Source: a bacterium (GTDB lineage: Bacteria > UBA8248). Taken from it: a DNA stretch of 64,000 bases. The notes beneath the pieces are model-generated. The model was not told the origin of the DNA and did not search any database. It was given only the letters and a program-made list of their open reading frames with translations. Location: NCBI GenBank assembly GCA_965219955.1, contig OZ244799.1, forward strand, positions 4,000,001-4,064,000. The letters are read 5' to 3'. How positions within the stretch are numbered: the first letter of the stretch is position 1; every line of letters begins with the position of its first letter. Positions 56,436 through 64,000 of the stretch are shown one piece after another. A program made the position numbers and the translations under genes.

Positions 56436-57512
56436 TCACCCCTCCACCCGCGCGCCGGTCGCGCCGTCGAAGGTGTGGGCGTTTTCCATGTCGAAGAACA
56501 CGCGGATTTGCTCGCCCACCCGGGCGCGGAAATGGCCCTCTTCCTTCACGGTGAGGACGATTCCGTCGATATCGAGGGCGACGAAGGTGTCCGAACCCAA
56601 AGGCTCGACGAGTTCCACCCGGCCCTCGGCGGAGACGGGGCGCGCGCCTGCGTCCTGAAAGCCCAGGTGCTCGGGGCGGAAGCCGAGAACATAGGCCTCC
56701 CCCTCCCGGCAGGCTTGCGGCAGCGGGAAGCGCAGGGCGCCCGCCTCGAGTTCGAGGCCGTCCTCCGCCCGCTGCGCGCGGCCCTCGATGAAGTTCATGG
56801 CCGGGCTGCCCAGAAACCCCGCCACGAAGCGGTTGACGGGGTGGTCGTAGAGCTCGATGGGCGGCCCCACCTGCAGGATTTTTCCCAGGTCCATGACGAC
56901 GATGCGGTCGCCCATCGTCATCGCCTCGGTCTGGTCGTGGGTGACGTAGATGGAGGTCGTGCCCAGTCGGCGCTGGAGCTTTCGTATCTCGGCCCGGGCG
57001 GTGACGCGCAGCTTGGCGTCCAGGTTGCTGAGCGGCTCGTCGAAGAGGTATGCGACCGGGTCGCGCACGATGGCCCGGCAGACCGCCACGCGCTGGCGCT
57101 GGCCGCCGGAGAGCTGCCGCGGCTTGCGGTGGAGCAGGTCTTCGAGCCCCATGAGGGCGGCGGCCTCCTTGACGCGGCGGTCGATGTCGCCCGCGGAAAA
57201 CCGCCGCACGCGCAGGCCGAAGGCCATGTTCTCGTACACCGTCATGTGGGGGTAGAGGGCGTAGTTCTGGAACACCATGGCCATGTTGCGGTCCTTGGCG
57301 GGAATCTCGTTCACGCGCTCGCCCGAGACGCGGATCTCGCCGCCGGTCGGGAACTCCAGACCCGCCACCATGCGCAGCGTCGTCGTCTTCCCGCAGCCCG
57401 AAGGCCCCACCAGGACGAGGAACTCCCCCTCGCCGACTTCGAGGTCGATGCCGTCCACGGCGCGCACGCTGCCGAAGTGCTTGCTCAGGTTCTCGATGCT
57501 CACCGTGCCCAA
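56436..57512 (-). CDS. Carbohydrate ABC transporter ATP-binding protein (MalK/UgpC-like)
   Basis: GPSGCGKT, FQNYALYPHM, LSGGQRQR, FLGSPAMN; TTG start with GGAGG RBS. Confidence 0.92.
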   Translation of the reverse strand: MGTVSIENLSKHFGSVRAVDGIDLEVGEGEFLVLVGPSGCGKTTTLRMVAGLEFPTGGEIRVSGERVNEIPAKDRNMAMVFQNYALYPHMTVYENMAFGLRVRRFSAGDIDRRVKEAAALMGLEDLLHRKPRQLSGGQRQRVAVCRAIVRDPVAYLFDEPLSNLDAKLRVTARAEIRKLQRRLGTTSIYVTHDQTEAMTMGDRIVVMDLGKILQVGPPIELYDHPVNRFVAGFLGSPAMNFIEGRAQRAEDGLELEAGALRFPLPQACREGEAYVLGFRPEHLGFQDAGARPVSAEGRVELVEPLGSDTFVALDIDGIVLTVKEEGHFRARVGEQIRVFFDMENAHTFDGATGARVEG

Positions 57513-57591
57513 ACCGGTTCCTCCATCATCGCGCGCCGCGCCCCGAACGCGGCTGGTGAAAAACGCCTTGCGGGCCGGGCGGGATTCCACC

Positions 57592-58020
57592 GTAGCGGGC
57601 CGTTTTCGTGAACGGCCCCCACGATAACGCGATTCTTGCGTAGGGACAGGCCTCCGTGCCTGTCCGAGGCCCGTTTTGCAAAGGACAACCACGGAGGGTT
57701 GTCCCTACAAAACCATCGCGTCCACGCGCGCCTGCTCGGGATGAGGGATCGTCGCGCCCGAATCCGGAACGGATGAGGCGGATATATATGGCGGTATCCG
57801 TATCTTCCCCGGTCGGGAGAGAGTGCGGCCGTCCGAAAGGCCAAAGGCAAAGGCGTAAAAATGGATTCCGTCGAATCCTCCCGCATTGGTCGGCTCCGAC
57901 ACCGGAATGACGGGGGGTGCGGTTTTCGTAGGGGCGGACCTGTGTGTCCGCCCTGTGTGTTCTCCCGTTTTTCCGTGTTCTCGCCTGAGCGATTGGGCGG
58001 ACACGCAGGTCCGCCCCTAC
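57592..58020. repeat. Intra-operon repeat mosaic (GTAG doublets 57640-57708 and 57928-58020; partial GIY-type repeat 57726-57745; CGTC variant 57862-57912)
   Basis: Direct matches to the repeat families found elsewhere in the window. Confidence 0.8.
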
Positions 58021-58100
58021 ATATCGAACCCGATGGATCCAGGCTTTTTCAAGGGAGCGAACGCTCCCTCCCCGGTCGCGTTCGACCCCCAACACACCCA

Positions 58101-58949
58101 TCACTTCACCGCCCCGGCCGTCAGGGCGCGGATGAGATAGCGCTGCATGAAAAAGCCCACGAGCAGGGCGGGCAGCATGATCAGCGTCGCCAGGGTGGAC
58201 ATGTCCTGCCAGAAGACCTGCATCTCCCCCATCGTCTCCGCCAGCCGGACGGGGATGGTGCGCGCGTACACGTTCGTCAGCATGAACGCGAACATGAACT
58301 CGTTCCAGGCCAGCAGGAAGACGAAGATGGAGGTCGCGGCGATGCCCGATGACGCGAGGGGGAAGGTCACCCGCGCCAGCGTGCGCAGCGCGCCGCAGCC
58401 GTCCAAAGCCGCGGCCTCTTCGAGTTCTTTCGGGATGCCGTCGAAAAACGCCTTCATCAGCCAGGTGCCGAACGGGATGTTCAGGGCGGTGTAGATGAGG
58501 ATCAGGATGAAGCGCGTGTCGAGTATCTGGAGATAGCGGAACAGGAGATAGAGCGGCACCACCGCCGTGACGGGCGGCAGCAGCCGCGTCGCCAGCATGA
58601 AGAAGAGCAGGTAGTTCGACGCCCTGAAGCGGTAGCGCGAGAACGCGTAGGCGGCCAGCGAGGAGACCAGCAGCGTCAGAAAGGTCGTCACCACCGCGAT
58701 GAAGGTGCTGTTCCAGATAAACCGGAGCGCTGATTCGTTCCCGAAGCCCAGGAACTTCCAGTACGAGGAGAAGTCCGGGGTCACGAAGACCTTGGGCGGG
58801 ATGGAGAAGATGGCGGTCTCGTCCTTCACCGAGGTGAGCATGATCCAGACGATCGGGAACAGGCTGAACGCAAGCAGGACCATCATCGCCCCGCGCGCCG
58901 CGGGGAAAGAAGGAATCCCCGGCCCGATCTGTTCTTCGCCGCGCGCCAT
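58101..58949 (-). CDS. Carbohydrate ABC transporter permease
   Basis: EEAAALDG loop, WNEF, ALTAGAVK. Confidence 0.93.
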   Translation of the reverse strand: MARGEEQIGPGIPSFPAARGAMMVLLAFSLFPIVWIMLTSVKDETAIFSIPPKVFVTPDFSSYWKFLGFGNESALRFIWNSTFIAVVTTFLTLLVSSLAAYAFSRYRFRASNYLLFFMLATRLLPPVTAVVPLYLLFRYLQILDTRFILILIYTALNIPFGTWLMKAFFDGIPKELEEAAALDGCGALRTLARVTFPLASSGIAATSIFVFLLAWNEFMFAFMLTNVYARTIPVRLAETMGEMQVFWQDMSTLATLIMLPALLVGFFMQRYLIRALTAGAVK

Positions 58950-58952
58950 GGC

Positions 58953-59882
58953 CTAGCCGTCCCTGTCCCGGATGAGCCTTAAGTAAGCGAACGCGATCCC
59001 CGCGCCCAGCACGAGGAGGATGACCGAGGTGGCCGCCGCGTTGCCCACGTCGAAATAGCGGAAATAAATGCGCTGGATGAACAGGCCGTACGGCATGGTG
59101 GACGTGCCGGGCCCTCCCTCGGTGAGGATGTAGGGAATGTCGAACACCCGCAGCTTGAATATGGTCTGGAAGAGCAGCGCCACCACCAGCGGGGGCAGGA
59201 TGAGCGGGAAGGTGATCCGCCGGAACACCTGCACCCGGTTCGCGCCGTCCACGTGGGCGGCCTCGAACACCTCGTTGGGAAGCGCCGTGATGCCCGCCAG
59301 GAGGATCATGGTGACGAAGGGCGTCGAGCGCCAGACCTCGCAGATCACGATGGCCCAGAAGGCGGGGCCGGTCTCGGCGAGCCAGTTCACCTTGGCGACG
59401 CCCACGAGGGTGATGAGCAGGTTCACGATGCCGATGTCGCGGTCCCACATGAGCCGCCAGCCGAGGCCCACTGCGATGGGGGCGACCATGTAGGGGGTGA
59501 GGAGAAAGGACGTCATGAGCCTGCGCCCGCGCACGAGGCCGTAGAGCAGCAGCGCGCTCGCCACCCCGATGATGAACTCCAGCGCGATGGTGGCCACGGT
59601 GAAGCCCAGGCTGAAACGGGTCACCTCCCAGAAGTCGGGGTCGACCCAGAGCAGGTGGACGTAGTTCGCGAAGCCGACGAAAGTGGAGAGGTGCGGCGTC
59701 GTGAGGCGCCATTTCCACAGCGAGAGATAGATGTTGTAGATGGAGGGGTAGACCAGTATCGCGCCCAGGATGATGAAGGCGGGCGCCATGAGCAGGTAGG
59801 GCGCCATCGCCTGCTTGCGCGCGGGGGTGAGCCAGCCACGGCCGCCCCGCCGCGCCGTATCCTGAACGGCTCCGGTATTCAC
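58953..59882 (-). CDS. Carbohydrate ABC transporter permease
   Basis: FVGFANY, EAAHVDGA, LTEGGPG. Confidence 0.93.
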   Translation of the reverse strand: MNTGAVQDTARRGGRGWLTPARKQAMAPYLLMAPAFIILGAILVYPSIYNIYLSLWKWRLTTPHLSTFVGFANYVHLLWVDPDFWEVTRFSLGFTVATIALEFIIGVASALLLYGLVRGRRLMTSFLLTPYMVAPIAVGLGWRLMWDRDIGIVNLLITLVGVAKVNWLAETGPAFWAIVICEVWRSTPFVTMILLAGITALPNEVFEAAHVDGANRVQVFRRITFPLILPPLVVALLFQTIFKLRVFDIPYILTEGGPGTSTMPYGLFIQRIYFRYFDVGNAAATSVILLVLGAGIAFAYLRLIRDRDG

Positions 59883-59942
59883 GTTCCTCTCCGTGCTTGC
59901 GCCTGTCCCGACGTGTTGACCGCCATCATCCCGTCAATCCGT

Positions 59943-60132
59943 AATCACTCCCCCCTTGAGGGGGAGTCGAAGAGCTAAGGGCGTAAGCCCGCAAGCGAAT
60001 CGGTGGGGGGTATAATTCGGAATGGCGATAAAACGCATTTTACCCCCCACCGCATCAGCCTTCGCAAAAAACGCTCGGCTTCTGTCGGGCTTTCCCCTCG
60101 GGAAGCCCGACCCCCTCAAGGGGGGAGTGATT
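59943..60132. repeat. Long inverted-repeat element AATCACTCCCCCCTTGAGGGGG ... CCCCCTCAAGGGGGGAGTGATT
   Basis: 22-bp terminal inverted repeats with nested hairpins; the same ends occur at 3929-4122 and partly at 63478. Confidence 0.75.
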
Positions 60133-60203
60133 CTTCCTCTTTCATCGGACGAGTCGAACCCTCATTCATCAATCGGGTTCGACCCCCCCCAACCCCCCTT
60201 ATC

Positions 60204-60410
60204 GGGGTTTTTGAAAAAGTCCCCCTAGGGAGGGATGGAATCCCGATCATCGAATTATTCACCGTAGGGACAGGCCTCCGTGCCTGTCCAGACGAAGGAC
60301 AACCACGAAGAGCAGGACAAGCACGGAGGCCTGTCCCTACAAAACCATCACGTCTGCGCCGCGTGAACCTCCTTGCCGCCGATTCCGCATCAGGCTTTTT
60401 CAACAACCCC
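60204..60410. mobile_element. MITE-like element with TIRs and a 4-bp target duplication, carrying a GTAG doublet
   Basis: GGGGTTTTTGAAAAAG ... CTTTTTCAACAACCCC; TATC at 60200-60203 and 60411-60414. Confidence 0.78.
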
Positions 60411-60559
60411 TATCAGGGGGACGTTCTTTTTTCACCCCCCTGTCAAGGGGGGGTAGGGGGGGTTGGTTTTATCCCCTGACAAGAGGATTTTTCCAACCTC
60501 CCCCGGTATGCCTTCGCGCCCGGGTTCCGGCCCGGTGCGCCTTTGTTTTCTATACCGCG

Positions 60560-61834
60560 CTACTTCAGAACCGCGTTGATCTGCTTGCAGGCGTCCCCCA
60601 TGGCCTGCTTCGCGCTCTTCTTCTTCTGCAGGTAGTTGATGACCTCCTTCGAGGTGACGTCGCTTATCTCGGACGCGCGCGGATGCTGCGCCGCGCCGCT
60701 GCCCCGGCTGATGGCGGTCAGCCACGCCTTCGCCACCGGGAACTTCTTGAGATATTCCGCGTTGTTGTAGACCGAACTGCGGACGGGACCGTTCGCCCAG
60801 TTGAGGGCGCCCCGGAGCTGGTTCTTCTTGTTGGAGAGCGCCATCATGAGCTCCCACGCCGCCGCCTTGTTCTTGCTCTTCTTGTCCATGACGAGGTGCC
60901 AGCCGCCGTTCAGCGTGGCGCCCCGGTTCTTGCCGTCCAGCGTGGGGACGAGGAAGTAGCCCAGCTTGTCGGCCGTCTTGGATTTCTTGGGGTTGGTCAT
61001 CAGGCCCCAGTAGGGGGAGAAGTAGACCCCCATCGCGGCGCGGCCCTGCATCATGGCGTTCCGGTATTCGTCGCGGCCCCAGGCCAGCATGTCGGGCGGG
61101 GACCAGCCGCTGCGGAAGGGCTTGCCGAAGACCTCGAGCAGCTTGATCGAATCGGCGCGGTCGAGCAGGCAGGTCTTGTTGTCGGCGGAGAGTACGCCGT
61201 GGCCCGAGCTGTGGAGATAGCGCAGAAAGTCCTGCTCCACGTGGACGCCCGGTTTTCCGCGCTGCACGACGCCGTAGACCTTGCCGGGCTGGTTCAGCTT
61301 CTCGGCCGCTGCGAGGAACTCGTCCCAGGTCTTGGGAATCGCGACCTTGGCCGCCGCGAAGAGGTCCTTGCGGTAGTAGACGATGCCCGTTCCCGTCCGG
61401 TAGGGAACGCCGTAGGCGGGGCCTTTCGGCTTGGGAAAGCGGGTCGTGCCCGAGAGGGCGGGGATGAGGTCCCCGTAGTCGTAACCCTTGGGCGCGTTCT
61501 TGATGTAGTTGTCCAGCGGTTCGAGGAAGCCGATGGTCTCGGGGTTGACCCAAGCGTCCACCCAGGACACCACGTCGAACTGCCCGCCCCCGGCCGCGAA
61601 GGAGAGCACCGCCTTGTCCTTGATCTTCCCGTAGGGGGTGGTCACCACGGTCACCTTGATGCCCTTTTCCTTCTCGAGGTCTGCCACCACGCCCTTGGGA
61701 CCCCCCGCCGCCTTGAACAGGGTCGGGTGGATGAGGAGGGTGACATTCTTGGCCGCCGCTGCGGGCAGCGCGAGCCCCGCCACAAAGGCGGCCACGGCGA
61801 TAATGCTGAATAGCCAGCGTCCGGTACGTTTCAT
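60560..61834 (-). CDS. Carbohydrate ABC transporter substrate-binding protein
   Basis: Signal peptide, FDVV, YYRKDLF, PKTWDE, GGW.L; AGGAG RBS. Confidence 0.92.
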   Translation of the reverse strand: MKRTGRWLFSIIAVAAFVAGLALPAAAAKNVTLLIHPTLFKAAGGPKGVVADLEKEKGIKVTVVTTPYGKIKDKAVLSFAAGGGQFDVVSWVDAWVNPETIGFLEPLDNYIKNAPKGYDYGDLIPALSGTTRFPKPKGPAYGVPYRTGTGIVYYRKDLFAAAKVAIPKTWDEFLAAAEKLNQPGKVYGVVQRGKPGVHVEQDFLRYLHSSGHGVLSADNKTCLLDRADSIKLLEVFGKPFRSGWSPPDMLAWGRDEYRNAMMQGRAAMGVYFSPYWGLMTNPKKSKTADKLGYFLVPTLDGKNRGATLNGGWHLVMDKKSKNKAAAWELMMALSNKKNQLRGALNWANGPVRSSVYNNAEYLKKFPVAKAWLTAISRGSGAAQHPRASEISDVTSKEVINYLQKKKSAKQAMGDACKQINAVLK

Positions 61835-61886
61835 CGTTTCTCCTCCTTTTTCTGGGTGATCGGATGATGCGTATTCAAAAGAGCGG

Positions 61887-63272
61887 TCACACGACCGCTC
61901 CGTCCTGACGAAGTTTTTCCCTGAGCGGCTCGACCGGCAACTCGCGCGGGGTCGTCCTGCGCTCCACGCACATGGCCGCCGCCGTGCCCGCCGCCTGCCC
62001 GATGGTCATGATGTGGGCCTGGTTGCGCACGGAGCCGTTCGCGAAGCGGTCGCTCGAGACGGGCCGGCCCGCCACGAGGCAGTTCTCGATTTTCTGCGGG
62101 AGCATGACGCCGTAGGGAATGCCGTAGGCCTCCCCGTCCCTGACGTGCTTGTGCTCGATGACGCCGGTGGGCTGGTGGACGTCCAGGCAGTAGGCCCCCT
62201 GGCCGATGTCGCGCGGACCCTTGCGCGCATCGATGCAGTCCTCGTCCGTGAGGGTCTCCTCCCCGATGATGCGGCGCGTCTCGCGCACCCCGATGGCCGA
62301 GGCCGAGTCGATCACGTAGCACTCCTCGAAGCCGGGGGCGTATTTGCGGTAGAAATCGCGCACCTTGAATATCTGCTCGCGGCCCTCGATGGCGACCTGG
62401 TTCAGATCGTCGTTGTCGACGCCGCTGTAGCCGAGCATGCTCGTCGAGTTGATGGTGACGACCCCGGGCGTGGTGGTGACGGAGAACACCACGCGCTGGC
62501 GGTTCGGGTGGAACTCGCCGCGCGACTGGGCGAGCTTGACCGACTCGTAATAGCCGGTCACGAGGGGGTAGTCCTTGTGCGTGCGCAGCCCTGCGGCTAT
62601 CTCCTCGCGGGACTTGCCGATGTAGGGGTCCTCGCCGAGCATGAAGTTGGTCGGGTTCTCCTTCACGTGCCGGAGGTGGCGGTCCAGGTCCACGTTCCCC
62701 ATGCGCGAGAAGAGGCTGATGGACATCATCTTCCCCTCCGTATCACCGAGGTGGAAGGGCGCGCCCGCCTGTGCGGCGATGTCGGCGTCCCCGCTCGCGT
62801 CGATGACGACCTTCGCGCGTATCTCGCTCTCCCCGCTCTTGTTCACGATGCGCGCGCCGGCCACCCGGTCGCCGTCCATAATTGGCCCGATGGTGTAGGT
62901 GTTCAGCACCAGGTCCACGCCCGCCTCCAGGCAGAGCTTCTGGTTCACGAGCTTGAGCACCTCGCCGTCCTGGGGCGTCACGGAGTAGGAGTTGCCGTAG
63001 GCGTTGTGGAGGTGGCCCTCGGGAAAGGCGCCGCCCAGTTTGATGAGCTCGTCCACGATCTCCTGGGGGATGCCGTTGCAGATCTGCTCCCCCTTCATGT
63101 TGTGGAAGGTGAGGAAGTTGCCGAGAAGGCCCGCTGTCGCGTTGCCCCCCAGGAAGGCGTAGCGGTCCGTGAGGACCGTCCGCGCGCCGCCCCGCGCCGC
63201 GGCGATGGCGGCGCACACACCGGCCATGCCCGCTCCGACTACGAGAACGTCGACGTTGCTCCTGTCCGCCAT
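61887..63272 (-). CDS. FAD-dependent oxidoreductase (FAD_oxidored family)
   Basis: DVLVVGAGMAG, IDASGDAD, GVRETRRI.G, IPYG, VAGR, GQAAGTAAA. Confidence 0.92.
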   Translation of the reverse strand: MADRSNVDVLVVGAGMAGVCAAIAAARGGARTVLTDRYAFLGGNATAGLLGNFLTFHNMKGEQICNGIPQEIVDELIKLGGAFPEGHLHNAYGNSYSVTPQDGEVLKLVNQKLCLEAGVDLVLNTYTIGPIMDGDRVAGARIVNKSGESEIRAKVVIDASGDADIAAQAGAPFHLGDTEGKMMSISLFSRMGNVDLDRHLRHVKENPTNFMLGEDPYIGKSREEIAAGLRTHKDYPLVTGYYESVKLAQSRGEFHPNRQRVVFSVTTTPGVVTINSTSMLGYSGVDNDDLNQVAIEGREQIFKVRDFYRKYAPGFEECYVIDSASAIGVRETRRIIGEETLTDEDCIDARKGPRDIGQGAYCLDVHQPTGVIEHKHVRDGEAYGIPYGVMLPQKIENCLVAGRPVSSDRFANGSVRNQAHIMTIGQAAGTAAAMCVERRTTPRELPVEPLREKLRQDGAVV

Positions 63273-63378
63273 GGGCGTCTCCTTTTCTGGAATGATATGC
63301 TTCGGCTGACGACCTTCCGGCCGGTCAGTTTATGAATCCCTATCCGTGGCAAACTCTCTCAATGATCGAAAACGGCCC

Positions 63379-63444
63379 GTAGGGACAACCCTCCGTGGTT
63401 GTCCTTTGTCAGAACGTCGGACAGGCACGGAGGCCTGTCCCTAC
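63379..63444. repeat. GTAG REP doublet
   Basis: Arms match those at 3986-4058. Confidence 0.85.
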
Positions 63445-63571
63445 AAAAACCGCCCTCTCCCCGGTCGGGTTTCAATATCACTCCCCCCTTGAGGGTCGAT
63501 TCCGACCGAAGAGGGGTTTTTCTGTAATCGAGCCTCCCCGTCTCCCTAACCCTGGGTAGTCCCATATCGAC

Positions 63572-63610
63572 CTCACCCTGAGTAGCCGCCGAAGGCGGCG
63601 TATCGAAGGG
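63572..63610 (+). repeat. Left flank repeat of the GIY-YIG gene
   Basis: CTCACCCTGAGTAGCCGCCGAAGGCGGCGTATCGAAGGG is the exact reverse complement of 6395-6433. Confidence 0.9.
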
Positions 63611-63640
63611 CGGCCCCGAACCCATCGAAAGAAGCGCCCC

Positions 63641-63931
63641 TCACCCTTTTCGTTTGAAATCCTTCTTCGCCGCCCGCTTCAACCGCTCCCAGTCGCCGTC
63701 GATCAGGGCGAGTTTCTTCCGGCGCGACCACCCCTTGATTCGCCGTTCCGCCTCTATGGCCGCCTCGGCGCTGTGAAACTCCTGATGCCAGGCAAGTTCG
63801 ACCGGCCTTCGCGTGGCCGTATAACCACCAAGTGCGCCGCTGTTGTGATCGCCGACGCGCTCTTCAAGTGGCCGCCGGGTAACGCCGGTATAGAAACTGC
63901 CGTCCGCGCAACGCAACATGTAGACGAACAT
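63641..63931 (-). CDS. Small GIY-YIG nuclease (UPF0213/YhbQ-like)
   Basis: FVYMLRCADGSFYTGVT, R..DH, YT..RRPV, A...E..IKGWSRRKK. Confidence 0.92.
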   Translation of the reverse strand: MFVYMLRCADGSFYTGVTRRPLEERVGDHNSGALGGYTATRRPVELAWHQEFHSAEAAIEAERRIKGWSRRKKLALIDGDWERLKRAAKKDFKRKG

Positions 63932-63960
63932 CGTCGGCTCGCGTGGTGACACGCCTCCCG

Positions 63961-64000
63961 TCCTTCGATACGGCGCGCAAGCGCGCCTACTCAGGATGAG
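63961..64000 (-). repeat. Right (inverted) flank repeat of the GIY-YIG gene; reaches the window edge
   Basis: TCCTTCGATACGGCGCGCAAGCGCGCCTACTCAGGATGAG is inverted relative to 63572-63610, with a different internal hairpin. Confidence 0.88.

Noticed and set aside
3868-63500. CRISPR array suggested by recurring ~26-40 bp repeats
   Set aside because: The repeats are dispersed, palindromic and mostly in inverted pairs. There is no regular repeat-spacer series and no cas gene.
1-64000. tRNA, rRNA or an intact transposase/integrase gene
   Set aside because: None was recognised by eye; tRNAscan-SE, Rfam and ISfinder searches were not possible.

Overview
GC-rich bacterial chromosome segment, probably from a marine sponge symbiont (inferred from the sup-type PKS locus). 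From left to right: the 3' end of a sup-type PKS locus (KS with a degenerate AT, two ACPs, Sfp-type PPTase, NCS2 permease, alpha/beta hydrolase); a convergent operon of two tandem Fe(II)/2OG enzymes with the halogenase-type HxG motif plus a Rieske oxygenase; hydantoinase A/B; fhs; many ABC and tripartite tricarboxylate (TTT) transporters with amidase, M20, MBL and cupin catabolic genes; a probably PPi-dependent phosphofructokinase; and a small GIY-YIG nuclease at the right edge. The most notable points are: (1) the candidate aliphatic halogenase pair next to the PKS; (2) the GIY-YIG gene bracketed by inverted palindromic repeats that recur elsewhere as gene-less doublets, a REP/RAYT-like arrangement built on a different nuclease; (3) an AhpD/CMD-like selenoprotein (CxxU, in-frame TGA) that the ORF track splits in two; (4) nested intergenic repeat mosaics with MITE-like ends and target-site duplications; (5) a ~3 kb islet with a kinase-receiver-winged-helix fusion, flanked by a 230-bp duplication of a host gene 3' end; and (6) a putative ART-like toxin-antitoxin pair. 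No rRNA, tRNA or CRISPR array was recognised. All family assignments come from motif reading, not database searches.
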